Shown here: one piece after another, positions 14,115-26,469 of the stretch
How positions within the stretch are numbered: the stretch's first letter is position 1
Layout of the letters: the number at the start of each line of letters is the position of its first letter
Assembly (NCBI GenBank): GCA_043228905.1
Contig: JBHGNT010000011.1
Span: 3,286,001-3,350,000, forward strand
Direction of reading: 5' to 3'
Length of the DNA stretch: 64,000 bases
Source of the DNA: Azolla caroliniana
Lineage: Eukaryota > Plantae > Polypodiophyta
Program-made: the position numbers and the translations under genes
Notes under the pieces: generated by a model
The model's input: only the letters and a program-made list of their open reading frames with translations
What the model was told of the DNA's origin: nothing
Databases searched by the model: none

Positions 14115-14212
14115 GTGTAGTACGTGTATGTGTATGTGTATGTGTACGTGTACATGTGTGTGCGTATGTGTATGTGTATGCGTATGCGTATGTGTATGTG
14201 TATGTGTATGTG
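14035..14212. repeat. (ATGTGT/ACGTGT)n hexanucleotide microsatellite
   Basis: Directly visible simple repeat. Confidence 0.97.
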
Positions 14213-15899
14213 AATTCTAAAAGGCATCCATTTCAAGAAAGAAAGTAAGGAGTGATAATGAGTTGGGTTTGAAAATGTGGACCTTAAAATCACCCTAGCT
14301 CTTCCAAAAGATCATAGCTTTGCTAACGATCTTAAGTTGCGAGACCTTATTCAAAACGACGAGCTTACATAATAATAAGTATTGAATTGGAATACTTGAA
14401 TTCTAAGCGGCGTGCATTTCAAGAAAGATCGTAGCTTGGTTGTAACTTGTAAGTCAAGAAGTGTGCACAATGCATGAGTTTAAACATTACTCCAACTCCT
14501 CGAGACTTCTTTCGAAAGTTTGATTTTCGATGTGGACTTTGGTTGACCATTCCATAGGGACATAATGATTTCAGTTGTGCATACATTTACATTTTGATAT
14601 TATAGAATAATTATGGCCACATTTCCCATGTTTTTTCCATTGTGTCACCTCTGTGTTTAGATTGACATCCTAGATGTTCACGTTATGACCAACAATGTCT
14701 TCTTTGAGTTTCCCATTAGCAATTTACTGTGTGTCATGATTTTCACGTGTAAACATTCACATTGTGGTCATGTTTTTCCTTCATTATGAAATTCATTTGA
14801 AGATATTCAATAATGTTACGCAATAAACATTTCTAATGTTTGGAAGGTAAATCATAGATTCTAACATTTGACAAAAGATATAAAAAATTGTAGTTAAATC
14901 AATGCACATCTAGAACCATATATTGCACACCAGGTTTCAAATTTCATTCTTTGAGTCTTGTACAATGAGAGCAATTTGTGCATCATGATTTTCAATTGCG
15001 TGTCTATGAAAATTACAGATCAATGAAACCATTAATATGATATTCAATTGTGTATATGTTGACATCATAGATTGATGAAACCTTCTTTTTTTACCTTATC
15101 ATGACACTCCATGAAATATTTCCTTAGATGTACTACATATTGTTTGATACAAGGTGCACGAGATAGGATATATTTCATCTATGGGAAATAATTCCTAAAT
15201 TCTTTTGACAAAAAATCCCCACCACCAACAATAATTTCTTGCAAATTCCAAAAAATTTCCTATTTCAATATTTTTGCAAAATATTTAGAGGTTAAGGAAA
15301 AGAAGGGATTAAGTGTGCTTAACCACACTCATCACCCCCGAGTGAAGGACGTGAGACAAAAATAAAATACCATCGATATCCTATAAAGTTGAATATTACC
15401 TTATGTTATACCTTGGTAGCCAATTAACATATCCAAAGAAGAGAGTTTGGGATTTTTGATTGAATCATGAAAATGGCTCAAGATGTCATAATGTAGGGTT
15501 TAGCTATTCCCTTTTACATAGCCCAATATCTAAGGTTCCCAAATCACTAGGTGTTCCTACATGCTGTAGCTTCTTATGGGTTTGTCCCAAGTCCTTTTCC
15601 TACGTGTAAATGATTAGAGTTCGCTTTAGAATTGCTCCTTAAGATGCCTATAACAATCATGGATCTATTTTTATGATGCATATATTATTGAGAGTGTTTA
15701 TGTTTCCTTGAAGTTCTTTGATCATTGGTTAACATCCCATGTTATGGTGTCTACTAATGAAGAGGTTTACTTGCATACGTTGGATCTTGCATATATTTCC
15801 TTATACACATATAGGTTTGGTGATGATACACTCGGATACTTCATTGGCCACATTGACAAGAATTAGTTGATCATTCTCAAGACTAGCATATTTGAAAGA

Positions 15900-16112
15900 T
15901 TTGTATCGATAAAAGTTAAAAGGACCCTTTTCTAGTGCAATAACTTATCAATAAGCAATGGGAGTAACCTTACAATATCCTCATTAATATGAGTTATGTC
16001 CAACTTGCTAATGGTCCTGAATATGAAGTTGCAACGGTTCTTGATTCCAAGATCTTATGCAATAAATTATATTATCTAGTGGATTGGTTGGGTTATGATC
16101 CAAATGATCATC
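15900..16112 (+). mobile_element. Relic of a Gypsy chromovirus integrase C-terminus/chromodomain
   Basis: 16010-16110 translates NGPEYEVATVLDSKILCNKLYYLVDWLGYDPNDH, near-identical in pattern to the chromodomains of elements C and D. Confidence 0.8.
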
Positions 16113-19100
16113 TAGGCTCTTTGTCACATACTTCTCTTGTGACAACCACAACACTTTCTTAGTTCTATCTTGAACAATGTGCATCCTCAACATTTGTTTG
16201 GCTGGTCCAAGATCTTTCTTGGCAAACGAATTTATATGTGGGTGTGTTTTCGACTTCACCTTGTAGACCCATTTATTTCTAAGTGATCTCTTACCTTTCA
16301 GTAACTCTACCAAGTCGTCGGTGTAATTCTCATGCAAGGAGTCCATCTCGTCTTGCATTGCACTCAACCATTTCTCTTTGTGCTCATTAGTTATGGCTTC
16401 TTCATAGCACTCAGGTTCACCTTCATCAATCAAGAGGATGTATTGACTGGCATATGTAGTCGGTGCTCTCCTTTCCCTCAGTGGCTGTCTCTTTCCTCCT
16501 GGTCTCGGCTCTGGTTTAGATGTCTTAGCGGACTCTTCTCTCGGCTCGGGTTCATAAATGTCGATCGATTTCTTGGGGTTTGCTGACCCCGACTCGTATT
16601 CCTTGATCGACTTCAATAGGTCTGCCGACTCCGACTCATATGTATTGGTCGGTTGCTCCTAGGTGACCAACTCAGATTCGGTTGTGCCGACTGGCTGTCT
16701 CCGAACAACCAATTGTGTTGGTTCGATTGGCCTTGCGTCGATTGTAGTCGGAGTTGACTGGGAAGTCAGTTCCGACTTCTATTGCTTCCAGTCCTCAATT
16801 GACTTGTCTTCCAAGAAGACTACATCCCGACTCCTCACTACCTTCTTGTCGACTAAGTCCCACAACCTGTAGCCGAACTCATCCTCTGAGTACCCGAGAA
16901 ATATGCATGGTTTCGACTTATTATCGAGCTTCAACCTTTGATCCTTAGCCACATGCATATACACTGGACTTCTGAACACCCTCATGTATCGGTAGGAAAC
17001 ATCCTTTCCTATCCACACCCTTTGTGGGACATCACCTTTCAAAGGTACTGAGGGACACCTGTTGATCAGATAAACAATTGTATACATCGCCTTAGCCCAA
17101 AACGATTTCCGCAACTTCTCATGTGACAACATGCTCTTTACTCTCTCCATGATCGTTTGATTTATCCTCTCTACAAGCTCATTCAACTCAGGGGTCTTTG
17201 GCACTATGTATTTGGTCTGAATACCTTGGGCCATGTAGTATTCTTCGAATTGCCCTCAATATTCGCCACCATTGTCGGTTGAGACATCCTTCGTCTTCCT
17301 ACCCGACTCTCTTTCAACCCTTGCCTGTAACTCCTTGAAGAACGAAAATACTTGGTCCTTTGACTTTAGCACGAAAGCCCACAACTTTCGACTATAGTTA
17401 TCTATGAACGTCATGAAGTATTGTCCACCTCGATGCGATGGAGCATCTACGTAGCACACATATGTGTGTACTAGTTCTAGTGCAACTTCTCTTCTCCTTG
17501 GTGGTCTTGTGTGGAATGCAACTCCGTTTTTCTCCTAGGCAGTCAACACACTTCTCCACGTGCACTCCTTTCACTTATGGGAGAAGTTCCTAGTCCGCTA
17601 GGATATGCATTGCCTTTTCACTCATGTGGCTGAGCCTCTTATGCCATAACTCTCCACTCAAGTCGGCTGCCACATTTGCTTCCGACTTGCACAATCGGGT
17701 ATGCATCATATACAATGTGTCCTCTTTCTGTGCTCGGGCCAAATATGAGGTTTCCTTGGCTAAACTTCTACTTGGCATTTCGAAAGCTACCACTATAACA
17801 TTCATCATCCAATCTTCTAGTCGATATTAGATTTAATCTGATATCGGGGATGTGTCGAACTTCCCTCCGAGTTAGTTGACAACATGTCAACACCGTCAAG
17901 CTTTCACTTCCTATGCTGTCTATCCTGCACTCTCCGTTATCTCCCATCTTTACATATCCATGATCCCCGGCTATGTAAGTCAAGAAGTATTCTCTCAAGG
18001 GAGTTATATGAAAAGATGCACCAAAGTCGATCACCCATGTGCACTCTTCATCTGCAAGATTTGCACTTGCATGTTCACAAATGAACAACAGTTCTTCTTC
18101 GCTCATAGCGATGGCTGAAATGCCCTTTTCATCAGGAATCGTCCTGGGTTCGACATCATTACCGACACCTTTGTCCCTCATGAGGTGTCGGCAATCCTTT
18201 TGGAAGTGTCCAGGTTTCCCGCAATAGAAGCATGTCAGCATTCCTCTATACTTGGATCTGGCATCAGACTTTTCCCTTCTTTGTGGACTTTTTTGCTAAT
18301 TCCTTCTCCGCCGGAATGTTGAGCCATATTTGACTCCGATTGGGACAAGACACTCTTGTCCATCCTTCTAGTCTCCTCGTTCAAGATACTTGTCTTTACC
18401 ACTTGTAGAGATAGGTTTTCTTCTTGACACGAGGTGTTGAGAGTCACCACTAGGTTCTCCCAATTGTCCGGCAGGGTACACAATAGTAGGATGACCTGCA
18501 TAGCATCATCAAGGGGAAACTTGGTTGCTACAAGTTGATTCACATACCTCATGAATGTGGTTATGTGCTCCACAATGCTATCTCCACCCTTGTACTTCAA
18601 CCTCACAATTTTTTGTCATCAAAGATGTTTTGTTGAGGGCATTCTTCCTCTCATATAGATCTAACAACTTCTGCCACATCTCATAGGCATTTGTGTCGTT
18701 ACCCACATGCTGAAGGAAACTCACATCGACACACTGTTTGATGGTGGCCACCACCTTTCTGTTAAGAAATTTCCATTCAGACTCTAATACCCAATGTGGG
18801 TATTTCTGCTCTATCGATGGGCTCGTACAAGTCTTTGACTATGAGGAGGTCTTCCATCTTGATCTTCTAGTCTGCGTAGTTGTGTGAGTTCAGGACCATC
18901 ATTCTTGGAAATCTACCCACACTTCCTTCCATATTTGCACTTGTCGCTCTGATACTAGTTTGATGGGAAATGGACCGCAAGTAGGTGAGATAAATTGATT
19001 GAAAAATACCACTCAAAAACAGAAAACAACAAAATAAATAGAGAAATGCATAATACATAGGTTTTACGTGGAAAACCTTAAACGGAAAAAACCATGGGAG

Positions 19101-20125
19101 AACAGATCTTCACTATTACAGTGGATATACAAGAGAAAAATAAAACAGATTACAACACTCTCATACCGAGTGTACCAGCCACATAGAGCTCTTGGCGTCT
19201 ACCGTTACACATACAGCTATGGTGCCACTCACGCTCTCTCGCACGTCTCTCTCTTCCTCTCTGTTGCACCACAGAAACTCTATTCTACATCTACAATAAT
19301 GTTTGCCCTAGGTGTATTTATACTTGTTGAGAATCAAGCTCAACCTAACATTGTGTGTGAACACACCCTTTGAGAATCTATGAGCACTCAAAGGTCAAGA
19401 GTCATACCACTCTCTACACATTAACTATGTGTCATAGAATCATATTCTATGACACATAACTAATGAGTTCCATATTCCCCATGACTAATGAGTCTTCACA
19501 TTCCTCAAGGTTCTAGAGAGAGAGTGGACATTGTAGTGAGTTAATGAAGAGAGGGGTGACCTTATATAAAGCACCCTCCTACTTCATAAAGAGTTGGTTG
19601 TGACTCCTTGTAATGCTACATTTTTGTATCTCATATTCTCCTTGTGAATATATACCTTCTTCTTGAGTACTTCATTTTTCTTTCATCTATTCATCTTGTG
19701 TTTTCTCTTCTCTCATCTCTTTCCTCTCACACATACACACACATAACACACATCTCTTCCGCTGCACAAGAATCATATCCGATTCTTTACAATACTCATA
19801 CATAGTATGGGTTATTTACAAATATGGTTGTTATCATTATTATCATCTGATAATTATAATCCCAGTTAATCTGTCGATAGATCGACTCCTGTGTCGATCT
19901 TCCAGTCGACCCAACTTGCTGACTCGCATATCGGCCATCCTGTCGGCTATCCAATCGACCCGATTAGTTGGCCTTGACTTCGACCATTCGGTCGGCCCGA
20001 CTAGTCAGTCTTTGTCTTCGACTTAGATCTCCTGCTATATTGTCGACTCTTCCTTGCCCTTCGATTGTCGGCTCTTGCTCAGTCGAACAGTCGGCTCCTC
20101 CCATAGGAGGGACATGTTCCTAACA
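16113..20125 (-). mobile_element. 3'-truncated Ty1/Copia element (Tnt1/Tork-like)
   Basis: 5' LTR about 18961-20125 (interrupted by a solo LTR); iMet-like PBS TAGTATCAGAGC at about 18945-18957. Contains gag, CFYCGKPGHFQKDC knuckle, WVIDFGASFH protease, LWHKRLSHMSEK, integrase and an internally deleted RT. Confidence 0.9.
19325..19791. mobile_element. Solo LTR (467 bp) inserted in the Copia 5' LTR
   Basis: TG...CA ends, perfect TSD ATACT (19320-19324/19792-19796), TATA-like TATATAAA at about 19563. Confidence 0.85.
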
Positions 20126-22558
20126 TCTTTCTCTCGCTCTTTCGGTTGCTATCTTGTCTAAGTTCTAACACTTTATCCCCAACATATATAACGTGCATAA
20201 CCATAACGAATCATGAGATAAGTTTTCCGTAGTTTTTCCTAATCTTAGGATGAGTACATGCATGTCAATTTTGAAAGGAACGAGGGTATGAATTGTAATA
20301 TTCAATTCTATTGCATGGGTTAACTATTAAGTGCATTATCACTTGGCCACTTCAAATAAAGTAGACAAGAATGAACACATTAGGGCCTAAGGTTTCCACT
20401 TATATAAGGAGGTTAATGTTAGAGACTAAGATCGTCAATATGCGGAAACAAGGATCAACACCTTTGTGAAGCACGACAAGATGAACAAAAGACAAGATCA
20501 ATTGACAAAGTGAGAGGGAGAGGGCGAGAGACTCAAAGGCACACAATATATAACTCGTATTATTCAAAATGACAACCATAACAATGAACAACCTTAACAA
20601 CTAGGTTACAAGAGTCAGTTTAAATACCAACTGACTTAGGGCAACTACCCTTTCCACTATTTATATAAATAGCCTAAAAACCAGTATGTCCAAATGGGAC
20701 AATGTGAAACATCCATTAAGTACCCGTATTTGACACTCCCCCGTAATGGGCGTATACAACAAAAATTTGTAATCAGAAAATACAGATTTATACAAAAGGT
20801 TGTCGAGCAAGTCGGCTTTTGTCTGAATTGGCAACATCTGAGAACAAAAGGCTAGTTCAGCTGAGGCTAGAAGAGCTAGAAAGCCAAATCAACTAGTCCA
20901 AAGGGGAATCCCAGTTGGAGAGTTTGAAGTCGAGTTGGCTATGCCAGTTGCCGGTTGTCCAAAACCATCCTGAATGTCTGACTCATCTGGTGCCGAAGGG
21001 ATCAGAATCAATCCATTGGAAGACACTAGTCTTGGTCATCCCATCTGTGACATTGTCGGATGCAGATATCTTCTCGAGGCCGATTTTCCCTGAAATGATG
21101 CAGTCCCAAACAAAGTGATATTTCATGTCGATGTGCTTTGAGGCATTGTGCTGAATTGGATTTCTTGATAGAGCGACAACACCTTTACTATTGCTATATA
21201 CAACTAGAGCTTAGTCGAAATCGACTTGTCGAAACGTGTGCGCCATCCGATCGAACCATAAGGCCTCTTTTGCCACATCAAACACAACTACGTATTCGGC
21301 CTTGGTCGTTGATGTGGCAGACTGGCAGTGCACTCCTTGAGTGTCGACTTCCATGAGATAGCTCCATTGCCAAATTTAAAGCAGTATCCGGTTGTCAATT
21401 TTCGACTATCCAAACAGCCAACAAAGTCCGCGTCAGTGTATCTGACTATGCCTGAAGTCTCGTTCAGGCTTACTAGAATGCCATAGTCTTTTGTGCCCAC
21501 AAGATATCTGAACACATGCTTTATTGCATTCCAATGCGATCAACCAAGATTGTGCATAAATCTGCCAATGACTCCTATGACATGGACTAGGTCCAACTGT
21601 GTTGCGACCATCACGTACATTAAGGAGACGACAACCGATGTGTATGGCACCAACTTCATCGCTCTTTGAGAAGCCGATCGATTGGATAAAGTTGTCAAAA
21701 TTCTTGCATAATTGTCGGGGTATAGACTCTTCTTGAGTCGGCAAACTAGATGTTCTTGGCCGAATACCACAAAGCCTTTCGGTTGTTCCATATAAATCTC
21801 CTCCTCTAGGTCACCATGGAGGAATGTCATTTTGACATCTAGCTGCATCAGCTCTAAATCTTCGGCTGCCACAACGTCGAGCATGAAGCGAAGGGTTGTC
21901 ATTTTCACCATCGGTGAAAACATTTCATCGAAATCGATGCCATATTCCTATTGAAACCCCTTCACTACTAATCGGGCCTTGAATTTTGGGGTGGCCGAAT
22001 CGGATGTCTCTTTTAGTCCATAAACCCACTTGCATGGAAGAGCATGTTGATTTTTTGGAAGTTCAACCAAGTCCCATGTCTTATTTTGCCGAATGGAGTT
22101 CATCTCTTACTCCATCGCCAAATGCCATGTGGCCGAATCGGCTAATGCCGATGCTTCTTCATATGACGTCGGTTTGTCCGCGTCCGTGAAGAAGATTCCA
22201 GGAGAGTATCTCTCCGGAGGCTACGACAGTCTTTTGGATCTTTTTGGTATCATTGTGCTAGCATGTTCGGGTGTTTGGGTCGGATGGTCTAGAGTCGAAA
22301 CATTCAACTATGCCAAATCGGCCAGAGCCGATTCGATGCTAGAGGATTCGGCTACCTGTGAAGCCGACCTCATGTTATGAGTTGGGCCGTCATGAAGGGC
22401 CGACACTTCTGAAAAAGTTACCCTTCAGATTTCAATAGGCCTTTCGACCATATTTTGCATGACCAACTCGTTGAACACTATGTTTGAACTTCGAACGACC
22501 TATTTGTTCTTGGGGTCCTAGAGTCGATAACCAATCTCGTCGTTGTCGTGACTTGTGA

Positions 22559-22623
<65 letters not shown>

Positions 22624-22943
22624 TTGAACCCCCGCCGCTTGTTCTCGTAATGTTAATATAGTAGCCTCGAGTTGATGAACCCGTTGTGATAGCTCCTCAT
22701 ATTGATGAGCTTTCTTTGTACTCACTTGTTGTAGATCCCTGAGTAGCCTTTGATTTTCTTGCTCTAATTCCACAAACTTAGTCGTGAGCATGTCGAGCTC
22801 GGAAAGGACACACATATACTGTTGCTTGTTGACGGACTCCATAATTGAGGGGGAAAAAGAAACAAGGAAAAAGAAGAAAGCTTGCTAGGGTTATTGGAAA
22901 AGGAAAAAGAAAGAATTCGGTTCAAACTGTCGTGACTCGTGAG

Positions 22944-23009
<66 letters not shown>

Positions 23010-26000
23010 CTTGAAATGGAAATGAGATTATATTATGAGGAAACAAGATTACAAAGAGTAGGTTAAGGGCTAAAGACTGGCGTTGAATCGAATGAGTTGT
23101 GATGAATGAATGGACACTTATTTATAGATCCTTATGGAGTATTCTAGAATGTTCTAGAATATTTTAGATATTTATGATAATAAATATAATCATCAAATAT
23201 TCAAGGATGTTCTAGAATAATCTAGAATGTTCTAGAATATTCTAAATATCTCGTAATAACTAAAAATAAAATTATTATAATTACACATCATATATGTTAT
23301 TACAATGGTTAAGGGTTCAACATATAGACCAAGAAGTTGTGGGTTTGATTCCTGGTTAATGTATATCTTCATGACATTATCCCCCCTTTTTGATGTTGAG
23401 TTGTACGAGTCAGAGGACAAGAGTTCAGACTTGGTTTATGGGGATATTGGTTTTGAAATGCAACAACCATGTCGGAGGCATTAGCAAGATGCTCGACAGG
23501 CTCCCATGTTCGATCATTAGGTGTATAACCTAAGCAATCAACCAAATAATATGGTTTGTTGCGGATGATCTTGGAGTCGAGAATGGCAACAACCTCATAT
23601 TCAGAGCCATTGGAAACTTTGAGTGGAGGTGGGGGAGGTGTAAGACGACCCAAAATAGAGCTTGTTGTGTAGGGCTCCGAAAGTGAAACATGGAAGACCG
23701 GGTCAAGACGCATATGAGGAGGAAGATCAAGACGAAATGTCACATCATTGATCTTACCAGAGATCACATATGGGCCGAAATGTTGATAATCCAATTTGTA
23801 GCAAGGTTGGGTGATTTTGATGCTACCTTGTAAGAGCCATACATGATCGCCTACTTGAAATGTAGCCGATGAATCACGCCGATGACTATCAACAATCTTC
23901 TTTTGAGTGTTTTGGGCATCACATAAATGATGCAAAAGTATATGATGAAGTTCTTGGAGTCGGGTGAGCCGATCTTCAACAGCCGGGTTTTTCGGGAGTT
24001 CGGGATGTTCAAGCATCATCCAACGAGGATGGTACCTAATGTTCGCAAAAAATGGGGAATATCTAGTAGAAGAATGTTTGGAGTTGTTGTAACCAAATTC
24101 CGCCAAATGAAATAGATCCACCGAATCATCGTGTTGATAGTTGACAAAACAATGTAGATATTGTTCAACCGTTTGGTTGGTGCGCTCACTCTGCCCATTA
24201 GTCTCTGGATGGTAGCCGGAAGAGAGTTTACAAGAAGCATGTAAGAGTTTGAACATGTGCCGCCAAAATTTCGAGATGAATTGGGGACCCCGATCACTGA
24301 TAATATCATATGGAAGACAATGATGGCAAAACACCTCCCGCGTGAGTAAATCGGTTGTCTCTTGACTAGTAATGGTCTTCATGCATGGAACGAAATGCGC
24401 CATCTTTGTAAAACGATCGACTACCGTGAGAATAGAATCAAATCCCTTGGAAGGTGGAAGATCCATAATAAAGTCCAAGGAAATAGATTTCCATGGGCTC
24501 TCGGGAATAGGCATTGGCTGTAATAAGCCATATGGATGATGTTGAGGCTTTTTTGATCGACAACATGTATCGCAACTAGGAACATAATCTGTAACAAAAT
24601 CGCGAACCCGTGCCCACCAATATCGGCGAGAAATCAACTCAAAAGTCTTGTGGATGCCGAAATGTCCAGCCCATGGTGTGTCATGACATTGTTGCACGAC
24701 TTTGAGTCGAGAAGGACCATGAGGCACATACAAGAGAGTTTGTCGAAAAAGTAAACCATCATGCTAGCTAAACTAGGTGTAGTCTAGACGAGGATTTTGA
24801 GATTGGGAGCTGGAAGCACAATTTGGGATAATATGGCTCAAAACTCTTGGGTGAATCATCGGTCTCAATATGCTCCTGAATGGAATCAAGAAGCCTTGAA
24901 TCTCTTGGTGTGTTGATAGTATGCATTGCCATTAGTCATAAACGATCAAGACCTAAGAGGATTTGCTTTTGACTTTCAAATGTGGCCTCTCTTGGTTGAA
25001 GTTCCATATATGAACGTTGAGATAAAGCATCTGCTTTGTTGCATCCCAGGGAGATATAGAATTACGAAATCAAAACGAGTTAAGAATTGCGCCTAACAAG
25101 CTTGTCGACGATTCAAGACTTGAGCACTTTGGAAGTATGTTAGATTTTTCTGATCATTGTAGACAATAATCAGTTGAGAAGAACCCTCCAAAAAATGATG
25201 CCATTGTTGAAAAGAATCCACAATGGCAAGAAGCTCTTTGTTGTGAATCTCATAGTTGATTTCTGCAGCTTCAAATTCCCGTGAGTGAAAAACCATTGGG
25301 TGCAGTTCGCCATCTTCGCCAATTTGGGATAGTACGCTTTCGAGTGCGAAATCAGATGCATCAGCTTCAAGTATAAACCGCCTGATTGGATCGACATGCA
25401 TTAAAATTGGTGCAAATGTAAACGCTTGCGTTAAACTCTGAAATGCAGAGTTCACATCTATACTCCATACAATTGATCAATTCGTTTGCGTCAGTTGAGT
25501 GAGGAGCAATACAATCTTTGAATAATCTTTGATGAACTTGCGATAAAATTTTGCGAACCCCAAAAAACATTGTACATCTCGCACAGACTGTGGTGTTTGC
25601 CAATCCAAAATTGTTTGAACCTTTGATGGATCCATAGAGATGTCATTTGAAGAGACTATGTACCCCAAAAATTCCACTTGACATTGGTTGAAACTACACT
25701 TCTCCAAAAAACTTGGCGAACGTGTATCTCATCCTCCTCTTGAGTTTTTGAGTAGAGATCAAGATATCATCCAAGTAAACTATGATGAAGATATCGAGGA
25801 ATTCTTGAAGAATGTCATTCGCCATATGTTGGAAAAAACTTATTCGTTTAACACATCCTTTAATTGGCTCAAGACATCAAATCTATTCTCATGGCATGGG
25901 CTATTAGGCTTAGTACTTAAGTTATTAGAAGTGATAGTAGAACTTGAGGTAGGGTTGTCATGTGCACTTACTTGGTAAACCTGATGTCTGGGTTTATGTG

Positions 26001-26469
26001 GACAATTCACAGCTATATGTCGTGGATCATCACAATAGAGGCATTGGCGATGCGCTCGACGTCGTCGTTTCTCAGCATCTGATAAGGGCCCTCGACGTTG
26101 TGTTGAATCTATCTCCATCGGAGTGGGACCATCCTTCGTAATGGGTCTGGGAACTTGTGGCGGTGTTGCGACTATTGAAGCGTACATCTATTCTGGTTGG
26201 CGGAGTAGCATTTGTTGACGTTCAAAACGTCGCTCAAATAGACGATTATCACATCGCACAACTCGACTAATGGCCTCTGTAAGAGATTTCTGATCTTCGT
26301 GGAAAGTAAGAAGAAGATCTTTGACATCATTACACAAACCTTGACGGAATTGATCCATTAAGGCCGCCTCATCCCAAGGGATGTCGCATGCCAAGAGACG
26401 AAAATCTGTTGCATAGGCCGAAGCGGGACGATCTCCTTGTCAGAGTCTTTGAATCTTGTTTATTGCCAT

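Noticed and set aside
14002-14293. Cys/Met-rich and Tyr/Thr-rich ORFs
   Set aside because: Translations of the (ATGTGT)n microsatellite.
14220-15900. Possible upstream remainder of the chromovirus relic
   Set aside because: Too degenerate to support any domain call.
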